A stretch of DNA of 64,000 bases from Neophaeotheca triangularis. Its lineage: Eukaryota. The stretch lies in contig BAAIJX010000050.1 of assembly GCA_054600435.1 (NCBI GenBank), forward strand, positions 62,001 through 126,000, given 5' to 3'. The notes under the pieces were generated by a model. It worked only from the letters and a program-made list of their open reading frames with translations. It had not been told where the DNA came from and searched no databases. A program made the translations under genes and the position numbers. This document shows positions 36,403 to 47,406 of the stretch, piece by piece; position 1 is the first letter of the stretch; each line of letters begins with the position of its first letter.

Positions 36403-37334
36403 GTGGTAAGAGGATGAATGCAGGGGATTTGCTGAGGGGGATGGTGTGGTGGAGCTTGAGACCACAGGGGCCACGGCCAGATCATGGTCAGCTCGGTGTG
36501 CCGCTAGACTCTGCTTGTGAGCGAGGTGGCAACGCATACGGCAACAGTATCGAACGGAAGAGTAGGGTATACATATAACAAAACCACCCACAACCAGGAT
36601 CTTTCAACAAGTCTCAATCCAGCAGAGCAGTGTACCTGGTAAACCTCTCCAGTACCACTGGCAGCACATCTCGAACGCCTAATCTCCCGTGATGGTCGGA
36701 ATTCCAAGCTCCGAACTCCGAGTCTTCGACTGACACCGCAGCATTCAACCAGTGACCGCCCCGTCATGCCAAATTGATTCGATATGAATAATCCGTCAAA
36801 CCAATAAGTTACCGTTCGTTACATTTACCTTACCTTAGCAATTGTAGTAATGTCCACGAGCCATACCTATTGCGGAAATGCCTCGAGCTCACTCGTGGTC
36901 AGATTGACAGTCCCTGCCGCTTGTCCAAAATAGGCAGGCACAGTATGGAAGTGGAGCCACGGACAGGAATACACCGTGTACGTAAATATATATAGATATA
37001 TAAATATTCCAACATGCGCGCCCTTTCGGTAAAGTATTGCTGACACAACATCACGCGAGTGTTATTTTACTTCTTGTATTATTCGATATATATTTCCACT
37101 TTTCGTTGTCTTCCCGACCGTCTTCTCGTTCTCCTCTCCTATTCCCCCTCGCCACCGTGCACTCGACAATCCAGGTGTACCCAATTCAACAACGAAGTCA
37201 TCCGGCCGGCCAGTGGCTGGACAATCACTTTCAGCTCGCAACAGGCGCCAAAAAACCCCCCTCCTGAAGCCCAGTACTCCTGGAATTCCTCCCTTGCCCC
37301 TAAACCAGAAAAGAAAGACACAATCCTCCAAGCA

Positions 37335-38279
37335 ATGCCCTCACTACCGCCAGACGACCTCCTCCCAGGAACCACCATCCCCACCACCCCCTCCGATTCC
37401 TCCAGCCCCAGCCCCAACCCCAACCCATCACAACCCCCAATCTCCTCCCCCGGCCCCCTCCTCAACTCCCACCCAACAACCAGCACCCTCTACACCCCCT
37501 CCCAACTCGCCTCCCAACCCCTCCCCTTCCACAAAGCCTTCCAAAACATGGTGAATGCCGCTTTCCGGCAATCGCACGTCGCGACCGGCGTCCTGCCAGG
37601 TGAAGCAAACAGACTGCGGAATCCAGACCAGTGGCTCGGCGAGCTCGGCAACGCCGAGGGCAGTTTCTGTCTAGTAGTGACGGGCCGAGCGGAAGACTTT
37701 GGCGACAACGACGACGGTAGTGGCGGGGAGGATGGGGAAGCGCCGATCCTGGCCACGGCGAGCGGGAAACGCTATCTAGGGAGCCCGGCGGTGGAGGTGG
37801 TGACGGACGCTGCTGCCGCCGCCGCCACCAACACCACCACCACCGATGGCAGTAGCGCTACTACCAATGGCGATGTCGCCACCACGACCGCTACTACAAT
37901 CCCCGAGACTACAAACGGCCACGACTCGCACGAAAACCTCGACGCCAAAACCAAGCAGATCTTCTCACGCGCCCGGCCCGCGACGCCAGGCGTGCAAGAG
38001 TGGGAACTCAGCCTCATGGCCGTGCGGCCCGATGTACACAGCCAAGGCTGCGCGGCCTTCCTACTCGCGGAAGTCGAACGCGAAATCACCAAGAGATTCC
38101 AACAGTCGAGGGAAAGTAGCGAGGGTTTGGTGATGCTGGCGACGACGATTCTGGAAGCCAAGGGAGCTTTTTACGCCAAGAGGGGCTGGGGGACGGATTT
38201 TGTTACGAGGCACCAGCCGGGGACGTACGGGAGTCGAGGTGGGTTCGGGGTGGTGCATATGAGTAAGAGGCTTGTTTGA
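37335..38279 (+). CDS. GNAT-family N-acetyltransferase, ~314 aa
   Basis: Acetyl-CoA-binding motif A region 'WELSLMAVRPDVHSQGCAAFLL' and motif B 'FYAKRGW', with 'MVNAAF' at the N-terminus. The ATG at 37335 is the first in-frame ATG. Confidence 0.8.
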   Translation: MPSLPPDDLLPGTTIPTTPSDSSSPSPNPNPSQPPISSPGPLLNSHPTTSTLYTPSQLASQPLPFHKAFQNMVNAAFRQSHVATGVLPGEANRLRNPDQWLGELGNAEGSFCLVVTGRAEDFGDNDDGSGGEDGEAPILATASGKRYLGSPAVEVVTDAAAAAATNTTTTDGSSATTNGDVATTTATTIPETTNGHDSHENLDAKTKQIFSRARPATPGVQEWELSLMAVRPDVHSQGCAAFLLAEVEREITKRFQQSRESSEGLVMLATTILEAKGAFYAKRGWGTDFVTRHQPGTYGSRGGFGVVHMSKRLV

Positions 38280-38986
38280 AGGAAGAAAAGAGGGGCTGGC
38301 AGCTTCTTCTTTCGAGCTGCTGGGGGTTTTGTTCTGCGGCTGTCTCCAGGCCGTCTCGCTTTCTTTCTAGCCCTCGTGTTCGTCGAGCTGGATAGGCTCG
38401 ACTCCTCACACCGCGGCAGGGCGGCATTGCGAGCGGGCTTGCTGCACACGATACGACATGGCACGACACCACGGGACGCCTCCACTCTTTACGCGTGTCC
38501 GAAACCATCCGGGGGGCTGCGCAAGGGAGGGGCATGAGCCTCGAGCTTCCCAGACACCCCAACCAAACACCCCGCCCTGGCAAAGTCCACGGGCAAGTGT
38601 ATCCTATACTGCCTCTCCTCCCCCCTAAGCCAAGCCAAACCAAGCCAAGCTCAGGAGAAATCTCCACCCACCACGGACGCCCCCCCCCCCAAATTCAGCA
38701 AGTCGAGTCAAAGGAGTGAAATGGAAAAAGTTAACATACGTTCATAGTCGGTCTGACAAGTCACGTCGTCCACGACCCAGGGAAGATAGATATCCAGGCA
38801 GGGCAGTTGCGTGTGTGTGTAAAGCGGAAGCTTGAGGGGGCGCGCGAGTTCGGAGACGCGATCGGGGTTGCCGCGATGTGCTTTGGCAACTCTGTAAGGG
38901 TACACGATAGATCTGAGGTCGGGGAGAGTTCGTTGCACCGCATTGGAGCTGCGGGTTCGGAAGCAGGTTATTGCTGGAGGCAGACC

Positions 38987-39012
38987 GGGAAAGGGAAGGG
39001 AAGGGAAGGGAA
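38987..39012. repeat. (GGGAA)n pentanucleotide repeat
   Basis: gggaaagggaagggaagggaagggaa read directly from the sequence. Confidence 0.85.
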
Positions 39013-39407
39013 GAGATTCGGACAAAAGAGGAAAATGGCCAGAGTTTGTAAGAGCTGCGAGTGTGATAAAATTGTCTGATAGCATTGCACATGGTCTTCG
39101 TTTTTATCTCTCTACCTTTTGCCGTGTCCGCCGCGGTATAAAAACCGCTAGCTCTCTCACTTGCGATGATCATGAGGTCTGATTGCTCAATTGCTTCCCC
39201 GTGAAGCGCTGATGCAGCGATAGACCTAACCTTGCGCGTTACTCTCGAAGAAAAACGCTCAACAGCCGCCTTCCCAGTCGCATCTCCCACTTGCCGCGGC
39301 AATGAAAGTGCGCAACAGCCAGCCATCCACCCGTATTTTCGTCACCCTCACCATCGTCCCCCCCTCGTCCTCAAAATACCTCCGACCCCCACATCCCCAG
39401 CCTCCTT

Positions 39408-41015
39408 CTAATCCTTATCCAACCTCACAGCCGGATTCGACTCAATAAACCCCAAATCAACCTTATGCCCCAACAACTCCCTAATATTACTGACCCCATA
39501 CTTAATCATAGTCGGGCGTTCCAAACTCAACCCAAAACCATAAACCCGCAAATCCTGGGGCAAACCCATCGCCAGCAACATTTCCGGCCGGAACATGCCA
39601 CTGTTTCCAATCTCAATCAATTTGCCCAAACCCTTGTGGTATGCAAAGACTTCCATGGAAGGTTCGGTGTAAGGGTTGTAAGCGGGTTTGAATTTGAGGT
39701 CGACGAGGCCGAGTTTGGCGAAGAAGGAGCCGAGGAAGTCCATGAGCCCGCCGAGAGTGAGGCCGTAGTCGGCGATGACGCCTTCGATTTGGTGGAATTC
39801 TGCCAAGTGGGTGGCGTCGACGGTTTCGTTGCGGAAGACGCGGTCGATGCTGAAGTAGCGGGCGGGGCGGGGATTGGCGGCTAGGCGGTGTAGGCAGTAG
39901 GTGCTGACGGCGGTTGTGTGGGTGCGGAGGACCAGCCGGGTGGTTTCGGCGTCGTTGTACGGGTAGCGGTAGCCGATGCTGCCGAAGGCGCCCGTTTCGT
40001 GAACCGCGCGGACGTTCTGCGCATATTTTGCGTAGTCGAGGGTTTGGGAGGATGCGGTGTTGCCGGAGGAGAAGTGCGTGCTGTCGGCTTCCATGGCGTC
40101 GAGGGCGCGGTCGGCGGCTGGATCGGGGCCGGGTGGGCCGGCTTCGGCGGGGTCGGAAACGTAAAAGGTGTCTTGCAAGTCGCGGGCGGGGTGTTGTTGC
40201 GGCACGAAGAGGGCATCAAAGTTCCAGAAACCTGAGTCGACGTAGCGGGAAGTGGGCATCTCGACGAAATCCCAATCGAAGAAGATTTTGCGGAATTCCT
40301 CGCGGACCTTGTTGAGCGGGTGCAGGGCGCCGGCGTGTTGTTCGGCGCCCAGGGCGGCGAAATTGTAGGGTTTGAAGTTTGCGCTCTTCCAGCTGCCATC
40401 GGCCAGCATGTCTGCCGTCAGGTCTGTGACCTCGACGGGGATTTCCTTTGCCCACTTGGGGCCTTTGCGGATGGTGTATGTGAAGAGACGTTGGGTGGTG
40501 ACGAGTTTGCGTTTTTGCAGATCTTTGAGCAGTTTGGCGTCTGATACCGTGGCATTCTGCGCGACGTGTTGGAGGGTTTCTTGTGTAGCGTCCGAGACGG
40601 AATCGACGAGCGAGACGAGGTTGTCGCCGTCCTTTTTGATCCACTTCAGCTTGAAAGCATTGCCCTGTCCGACCTTTGCCGAGTCCTTTGAGACGTGCTT
40701 TTCCAGCTCTTTGACGGGGATTCCACCATTCTTCTTGACTGCCTCCCACACGCGAAACTCGTGGCTTCCCTGGTCGACAATCTGCTGGCCTTCATCTGTC
40801 AAAACGACAATCTCCTGGTCTTTTTGCTCGTACGTGACCATGGACCGGCTGGCCAGACGATCGCAAGCTGCCTTGACATCGACCGAGGATGTTTGGGGGA
40901 AAGAGTCTTGCGACTGGAGCGGGTCGGTCGATTCCAGCGTTTCGAGGATTTCTATGGTCAAGTCGCGCGATCCATTCTGCACCGGTTGCGGCACGGGGCC
41001 TCGAGTTCCGGGCAT
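39408..41015 (-). CDS. FRS2: Cytoplasmic phenylalanyl-tRNA synthetase alpha subunit, ~535 aa
   Basis: Motifs 'FKPYNF', 'GALHPLNKVR', 'FWNFDALFVPQQHPARDLQDTFY', 'FSIDRVFRNETVDATHLAEFHQIEG', 'PAYNPYTEPSME' and 'GLSLERPTMI'. Confidence 0.97.
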   Translation of the reverse strand: MPGTRGPVPQPVQNGSRDLTIEILETLESTDPLQSQDSFPQTSSVDVKAACDRLASRSMVTYEQKDQEIVVLTDEGQQIVDQGSHEFRVWEAVKKNGGIPVKELEKHVSKDSAKVGQGNAFKLKWIKKDGDNLVSLVDSVSDATQETLQHVAQNATVSDAKLLKDLQKRKLVTTQRLFTYTIRKGPKWAKEIPVEVTDLTADMLADGSWKSANFKPYNFAALGAEQHAGALHPLNKVREEFRKIFFDWDFVEMPTSRYVDSGFWNFDALFVPQQHPARDLQDTFYVSDPAEAGPPGPDPAADRALDAMEADSTHFSSGNTASSQTLDYAKYAQNVRAVHETGAFGSIGYRYPYNDAETTRLVLRTHTTAVSTYCLHRLAANPRPARYFSIDRVFRNETVDATHLAEFHQIEGVIADYGLTLGGLMDFLGSFFAKLGLVDLKFKPAYNPYTEPSMEVFAYHKGLGKLIEIGNSGMFRPEMLLAMGLPQDLRVYGFGLSLERPTMIKYGVSNIRELLGHKVDLGFIESNPAVRLDKD

Positions 41016-41538
41016 GGCTGAATGAATTATTGGAGAAGAGCAGTAGTAGTGGTGATTGGAATGTCCGAAGGTGGATGTTGTAGTCTTCAATGGGGCTGGG
41101 TACGGCAGGTATGGTCAAAGTGAAGGTCAAGACTGTGGAGTCATATAAAGTGCGACTTGAAGTTCAAAAGAGTTGCTGCACAGACCACCACCATTCATCA
41201 AACTGATATCAGACTTCAATCAAGTGTCGAGTCGGCGGGGATCAAATTCAGACGTCTATGGCAACAAACAGCAAACCAACTCTCCCTAGTACGCCCCGTA
41301 ATGGAATCTAGTCTCTTCCCCCAGCTTCTCCCTAACATAAGCCCCAAAGCTCGCCACCAATGCCGCTGTCCCTCCCTGGGTATCCCAAATCCAAATGCAC
41401 CAAACACACACAAAACCATCTCAATATCCACGCCTCAATCCTCATCAACAAGTTCCCCCTCTAAAACTCCCAACCACCCTTCCACCCCACACGCTCAACC
41501 TCCAGCTAACCCCGCCCCCAATCTTAATGTAATCAAAC

Positions 41539-44500
41539 TCAAAGCGTAACCCCCTCCCCCAACCCGCGTCCCCCCTCCCCCGTCTCCCGCAAACCGCCCA
41601 AAACCCACCTCCTACACCCCTCGACCCTAGGAATCAACTCTCCCATCCTAAAAGGCTTAGTGACAACCTCATCCATACCAGCCTCTCTCGCAGCCCTCTG
41701 CTGCTCCATCCTCGCATTCGCCGTAACAGCCACAATCGGCACGTGCCCTCGCAACTCACCCGCTAGCTGCATACTGCGGATCCGGCGCGCGCAGGTTAGG
41801 CCGTCCATAATGGGCATTTCCACGTCCATTAAAATCGCATCCAATGGCAAGAGAGTGTCTTCCACACTGACTGCTGTGGTGGAGACGTCGCACTTTTTCC
41901 GCCCGGGAGTGGGAGGGACATAGAAGCGACTCTTCCTCACGAACTCCAGCGCTTCGACGCCGTGGTTGGCGACGCTGACAATATAGCCGGCGCGCTCGAG
42001 CTGCTTGCACATGACGCGCTGGTTGACGAGGTTGTCTTCGACGACTAGCAAGTGCCGTGGCCCGCTGCTTTCGTCATCCGAGTCTTCGCTGCTTGGGGCC
42101 GTCGAGTCCATCTGGCGGGAACTTTCCGTGGCGGCTTCGGCGACGACTTGCGTTTGCGCGCGCTCGGCTGTGTCGGGGTGTAGGACTTGCGCGCCGGGTG
42201 CCGGGGCTGGGTTGGAGAGTTTGCGTGATGTCTTGTTCGAGCCTCTACGGTGAGGGAGTTTTGAGGATGAGGACGTCGAGGGCGGTGGGGCGGGGGCTGC
42301 ACAGCGAGTGCCGCGGACATAAAAGGCGAAAGTGCTGCCTTGGCCTGTGGTGGAGGCTACGCCCATTTGGCCTCCTTGCAGGCGGACCAATTCTCTGGAA
42401 ATGAAGAGGCCTAGCCCGCTGCCGCCGTACTCGATGTGGGTTTTGGGATTGGCCTGTTGGAATCGTTGGAAGAGGAGCGCCATTTCCTCTTTGCTGAGGC
42501 CGCGGCCTGTATCTGTGACTGCTAGGGAAAGGTAGACCGGGGGTTGTGCTGAGTGAGAGGTAGATGAGGGAGTTGGGGAGGGCGAGGAGATAGTGTTGCG
42601 GTCGCGATCGCGGTCGTTGTTGGAGAGGTATTGGACGCCCTGGGTAGAGCTGGACGGTTGAGTGGCAGAAGCGCCGAGGGTGACATGGATGCGGCGGGTA
42701 GACTCGGTCGAGGTGAATTTGATGGCGTTGGTGAGAAGATTGATGAGAACCTGTAGCAGCCTCGATGGGTCCAGTCGTACCCAGTGAATGTCCAGATCAC
42801 GGTACGAATCGTCGACGCTGTAGCTGAGTTGGATATCGGCCTTTTGCAGTTCGCTGTCGAACATCTTCAGCGACTGCTTAACGGCTTCCGCGGGTTGCAC
42901 TTCGACTGGCGTGACTAGTAATAGCCCCGAATCCAGCTTTGAAAGCGTCAACACATCGTCGATGATTCTCTTCTGATGCTGCGCGCAAGCCATGATGATC
43001 TCGGCGCTCTCCATCTGACTCTCCAACGTATCCTTGCTCACAGCGATGGGATCCTGGCCGACGAGTCTCATCTCGCCAAAAGTCGTCGCCAAAGACTCGG
43101 CGCACATGATGATGGCACTGAGAGGGTTTCTCGCCTCGTGGCTGGTAATGTCCATGAAGGCCTCCTGCTGACGCTTCAGCTCCAGCGCTTGCTTCGTCCT
43201 TCGCTCCTGGAAATTTTCTGCCCACTTTTGCCTGCTGATATCAGTCAAACAGCCGAGAATGCCCTTGACAGAACCATCCGGGCGCTTCTCAGGGTACGCA
43301 GCGGCTATAATCCACGTTGTGCCTTGCACATGCTCCCCGTCCATCATCTCGCCCGAATCAAAGGGCCGCTTCAACCGCAACTCAAACTGCACGGGCTCGC
43401 CTGACCCCAGTCTCGCCCACTGCCAATCCATAAGCGCATGATCGTCTTCATGAATAACCTCATACCACGACAAGGGGTAAAAAGCGTCCCTTGGGTGTTG
43501 AGTCAGACGGAACCAATTCTCATTCGCATACAGCACGTTCCCAAGCTCATCGAAATGGAACATGCTAACTGGAGCCAAATCAGCCATGTTACGGAAGCGG
43601 TCCTCAATGTCCTTGGCCTTCTCCGTCGTCTCGTTCAGCTTCTGCGAAAGCTTCATGCGGTCCTGCGCAGCCAATTCAGCAGCGATTCTGCTCCGCCGTA
43701 ATTCGTCCTCGATCAGCACCATGGATGCTAGACTCGTGCCCATCTGACGCGTCAGGAGTTGGATAAACTGCGCGTAGTCTTGATCGTACGCTCGACGTGG
43801 ATTTATGCCAACCAGCATGAAACCCAAAATATTATCGCGATTCGTAGGCCCGACGGCGCAAAGGACAGCGCTGGTACACGCATCGCCATAAGCTCGTGAC
43901 TTTGCAACCCCAACCAGCGACTTGGGAAACGTGCCGTCGGCTACACTCAACACCTTTGGCGTTCCCGCCCGCAAAGCCTTGCGAAACAACGGTGTCAGCA
44001 ACTCAGCCGCCTGGTCCGAGTCCAAGTGTTGCGGCAAGACTCCCTCGCCCCCCTGCGGCAACCCCAAAACCCCTTGCAAGCTCCACTGCTTGGCGCCAAA
44101 AGTGCTAGAGCGATCACTCGGCGTCGGACTATGGGATTCGCCATCACACCAAGCACCAGCCGCATCCCCTGCACCCACAACCTCGCTCCTAGATGCCGCC
44201 GCATACACGGCCGCAAAAGGCACATCGTGCCTATTTGGCTCCAAACCCTTGAGCGTCTGCGCCCAAAACTCCTTTCGATCATTTGCAGCACTCGTGCACT
44301 GACCCAACCGCAACAGCGTCGACATGCGCCGCTCGCTCAAGGCCTGCTTGGTAACCTCGAAAGCAGTATTGTACAGCGCGCAGCCCACGCCCTTGGTCGG
44401 AATCGGTATGAGCGTCCAGCTTGCATACAACTCCTCCAGATAGCCATTCCGCGTGACGAAAAAGCACCCCTGCTGGCCCATGGCCGGTCGCCCAGTTTCC

Positions 44501-45069
44501 TCTCCAATCCCCATGCCCTTGTAGAAGTCGGTATGCGGCACGAGCTCTGGCCAGGCTTCATGGACGGTTTTGCCCATGCTGTGCGGATGGCGTTGGGCGC
44601 AGATGGCGATGTAGGCGGCATTGTAGAGCATTACGCGCGATGGGCCAAGCCAGAGTGCGCCTGGTCGGGGGTCGGTTACCATCATGTTCACCAGGCATCT
44701 GAGTTCGGGGGACCAGGTGTCCATTGCGCCGAGGGAGGTTTGGGACCAATCGATGGAGCGGATCAAGTTGATGTGGGGGGTCAAGAGGTGTGGAGGGGGG
44801 TTCGGGGTGGTGATGTCGAAGGGGGAGAGGGCGGTGGTAGTAGCGGTACTAGTCGTAGACACCCCATCCCGCGCCGTTCTGTTTCCATGATCGTCTCTTC
44901 CCGCCTTCCACCCGTTCTTCCCCCTTCCTTGCCGTTCCCCATCCAAGACCCCCACCCTCTCCCTTAACGTCTTCTCCAACCATACCTCATCCTCCTCCTT
45001 AAGCCGTTGGAAAACCTGGTCAAGCTCACCGCCCTTAGCGTTCGAGGCAGTGTAGTTGGGTGTGGACAT
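41539..45069 (-). CDS. Hybrid sensor histidine kinase (PAS-type sensor region, HisKA, HATPase_c, receiver), ~1176 aa
   Basis: H-box 'TSHEARNPLSAI', N-box 'QVLINLLTNAIKFT', G1 'DTGRG', G2 'GGSGLGLFIS'. Receiver motifs 'LVVEDN', 'ILMDVEMPIMDG' and 'TKP'. PAS-like 'RFRNMADLAPV...YANENW'. Intronless; the start at 45069 is the first in-frame ATG. Confidence 0.93.
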   Translation of the reverse strand: MSTPNYTASNAKGGELDQVFQRLKEEDEVWLEKTLRERVGVLDGERQGRGKNGWKAGRDDHGNRTARDGVSTTSTATTTALSPFDITTPNPPPHLLTPHINLIRSIDWSQTSLGAMDTWSPELRCLVNMMVTDPRPGALWLGPSRVMLYNAAYIAICAQRHPHSMGKTVHEAWPELVPHTDFYKGMGIGEETGRPAMGQQGCFFVTRNGYLEELYASWTLIPIPTKGVGCALYNTAFEVTKQALSERRMSTLLRLGQCTSAANDRKEFWAQTLKGLEPNRHDVPFAAVYAAASRSEVVGAGDAAGAWCDGESHSPTPSDRSSTFGAKQWSLQGVLGLPQGGEGVLPQHLDSDQAAELLTPLFRKALRAGTPKVLSVADGTFPKSLVGVAKSRAYGDACTSAVLCAVGPTNRDNILGFMLVGINPRRAYDQDYAQFIQLLTRQMGTSLASMVLIEDELRRSRIAAELAAQDRMKLSQKLNETTEKAKDIEDRFRNMADLAPVSMFHFDELGNVLYANENWFRLTQHPRDAFYPLSWYEVIHEDDHALMDWQWARLGSGEPVQFELRLKRPFDSGEMMDGEHVQGTTWIIAAAYPEKRPDGSVKGILGCLTDISRQKWAENFQERRTKQALELKRQQEAFMDITSHEARNPLSAIIMCAESLATTFGEMRLVGQDPIAVSKDTLESQMESAEIIMACAQHQKRIIDDVLTLSKLDSGLLLVTPVEVQPAEAVKQSLKMFDSELQKADIQLSYSVDDSYRDLDIHWVRLDPSRLLQVLINLLTNAIKFTSTESTRRIHVTLGASATQPSSSTQGVQYLSNNDRDRDRNTISSPSPTPSSTSHSAQPPVYLSLAVTDTGRGLSKEEMALLFQRFQQANPKTHIEYGGSGLGLFISRELVRLQGGQMGVASTTGQGSTFAFYVRGTRCAAPAPPPSTSSSSKLPHRRGSNKTSRKLSNPAPAPGAQVLHPDTAERAQTQVVAEAATESSRQMDSTAPSSEDSDDESSGPRHLLVVEDNLVNQRVMCKQLERAGYIVSVANHGVEALEFVRKSRFYVPPTPGRKKCDVSTTAVSVEDTLLPLDAILMDVEMPIMDGLTCARRIRSMQLAGELRGHVPIVAVTANARMEQQRAAREAGMDEVVTKPFRMGELIPRVEGCRRWVLGGLRETGEGGRGLGEGVTL

Positions 45070-45783
45070 GACGGCGCATGCTCGCAGTGTATGGCGACTG
45101 GAGCGATTGGGTAGTGGTTGTGTTATCGCGAGGGCATTGTCGGTCGGGGATGGGTGGCGGTGAATTGGAAAAGATGGACGGCGGCCCAGCAATGAAGGTC
45201 GACGTTGCTCTGACGTTGTGCTCCAGCTGCTTTTGACCGAAGAGTTGGACGGGAGTTATGACGACTTGGCTTTAGAGCGTCGCCAAGATGGCCATGCCTA
45301 GGGTAGGGAGGTACCTTACTTCCCCTTACCTTACCTTCTTATTTAGGCCAATTCAATAGACCGAGGATGGGTAAGAATTGCAGTAAACACATTCAATGAG
45401 AAAGGGCTATACTTCTTGTTCAATTGACATGTCGGTCACACATGACTGTAAATACTTAAATCAAGTAGGTAGCTCAAGGTTCCTAGCTAAGCTTAAACAA
45501 ACACACACCAGGGTAAGGTAGAGTTTAATCACAGAGAAACGTCTACCGGCATGTACCGAGGCGTTTATAAGAGCAAATCAACCACCAACACCGTCGCTAA
45601 TAGCAGTAACATGAGTCGGCTCACAAAAACAGCCTCCTCATTCGCCGCTTTGAGTTCTCTCGGTTGATCATCCCTGCCTCTTTCACTCATGAACCCCCCA
45701 ACAACCGACTCACCCACGCCTCACGACCACTCGCCTATACCCCATCCTGCCCTCCTTCCTCATCCTCTTTTCCCCTCATTCTC

Positions 45784-46971
45784 TCACGCCTCCCTGGTCA
45801 ACCATTCCTGCCAATACGGACAAGACCTAGCATTAACCGGCCCGCCATCCCCGCAAACATCGAAAACCGGACACCTCCCACACGGCGCCTCCGTCAACCC
45901 GGTCCCCGGCCCATCGTCCCCATGCACAAACTTATCCTCGCTCATCTCATAAACCCCCTTGACAGTCCTATACCCCTCCCCAATGCGCTCGAGCTTCTCG
46001 TCCATAACCAACACATCCACAAGCCGCTCAATAGCCGTGACGTTGAGCGCGCTAGCCTTGCCCCCGCGCAGCGCACCCGAGTCTTGAATGAAAGCCAGAA
46101 TTGCTTCTGGTTGCGGGTAGTGGTGGGTGAAAGCCGGGTAAGCGTGTTCGGCCTGGGAACGGCGTTGAGAGAAGGACGTCGAGACGTAATCTTCCATATC
46201 CGCCGCGGCAGCCAGTTTGCGCTGCTTCTTCAGCGCACGAGAGCCGCGGGCCTCTTCCTCGCCCTCGCCCTCTCCATCCTCCCCATCCTCCATCTCCTCA
46301 TCATCACTAGGCGGCGCCAACGCTCTCCGCTTCTTCCCTCCAGCACCAAGCCTTCCCTTTCCCCCACCCCCATCCCTCGACCGCAAATCCCAACTCTTAC
46401 TCCTAACAAAAAACACAATCAAATTACTCAACTCATTCACCAGCGCCTCATCAATCTCACTCCCATCAAAAAACACCCCCCCGGTCAACTCCTCTCCAGG
46501 TTGGAAATGACTCAACATATAAACCTTCTGCGCTGGACTCTTCACATTCTTAACCGCCTTAATCAACCCCTTGTTTTCCAAACGCGTCAAAGACTTCCCG
46601 ACCAACACCTGACTCATACCCACTTTGGCCTTGATACTCCGACTCCACAAACCCTTCTGCCCGGCATCCTCAATCTGCACGTAAATCACATAGTCCTCTT
46701 GGGCAATACTCGTCAATTTGCCAGCAACGTCGCGCGGTCGTATGCGCCAGAACATGCCGCCCGGGATTCGTAGTGAGCGGAAGAGGTTGGCGCTGCAGAG
46801 GGCTTGGGTCAGGGGTAGTAGGGCTTCGACGTTGGGGAGGCTGCCGATTTCGAGAAGGTCGTCTTGGAAGAAGTTTTTGCTGAGCCCGTCTGGGTGCGTT
46901 TTGGTTTGTGAGAGGCATTTGTTGTAGAGAGTGTTGGCTTGGGGCGGGAGGCTTGAGGTGGAGGGCGCCAT
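45784..46971 (-). CDS. RPC34: RNA polymerase III subunit Rpc34/RPC6, ~395 aa
   Basis: Winged-helix motifs 'IYVQIEDAGQKGLW', 'KSLTRLENKGLIKAVKNVKSPAQKVYML', 'ELTGGVFF' and the C-terminal 'PCGRCPVFDVC..GPVNARSCPYWQEW'. Confidence 0.92.
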   Translation of the reverse strand: MAPSTSSLPPQANTLYNKCLSQTKTHPDGLSKNFFQDDLLEIGSLPNVEALLPLTQALCSANLFRSLRIPGGMFWRIRPRDVAGKLTSIAQEDYVIYVQIEDAGQKGLWSRSIKAKVGMSQVLVGKSLTRLENKGLIKAVKNVKSPAQKVYMLSHFQPGEELTGGVFFDGSEIDEALVNELSNLIVFFVRSKSWDLRSRDGGGGKGRLGAGGKKRRALAPPSDDEEMEDGEDGEGEGEEEARGSRALKKQRKLAAAADMEDYVSTSFSQRRSQAEHAYPAFTHHYPQPEAILAFIQDSGALRGGKASALNVTAIERLVDVLVMDEKLERIGEGYRTVKGVYEMSEDKFVHGDDGPGTGLTEAPCGRCPVFDVCGDGGPVNARSCPYWQEWLTREA

Positions 46972-47406
46972 GGTTGTGGGAGTGGAGTGGATGGCGGTGA
47001 CAGTGGGCGAGGGCAAGGGAGTGAGTGAAGGAGGCGCCTGGCCTGGTCCTAAAAACAATTGCGGTAGATATGGGAGTGAGTCGAGGGAGTCAGAAAAGTT
47101 GAAAGAAATTCAGATAGTTTCTGGATGGATGGGGGAAAGGGAAGATGATTCAGCTTTGGCACATCTTCACATGCAAATCAGAGACGAAAAGTTTACCCCA
47201 CACGCCAAGATTTCGTTCACCTCCATCCCGCGCTAGCCCGATGAGCTCAAGAAGAACATGCCTTCCCTTTCGGGCGAATCCAAGAGTGAACAGCCTTCAA
47301 CCATTGGAAAGCTGAGACAAAATCGTGGCATTGATCCATGGTTGAAAGTTCAAATATACCGGTTGCAGCAAACCTCCCTCGTCCAGTCCCACACCTCTCC
47401 CCAAGC

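Noticed and set aside
44026..46773. Long + strand ORFs 44026-44967 and 45664-46773
   Set aside because: They are antisense shadows of the histidine kinase and RPC34 genes, caused by codon bias, with no domain signal.
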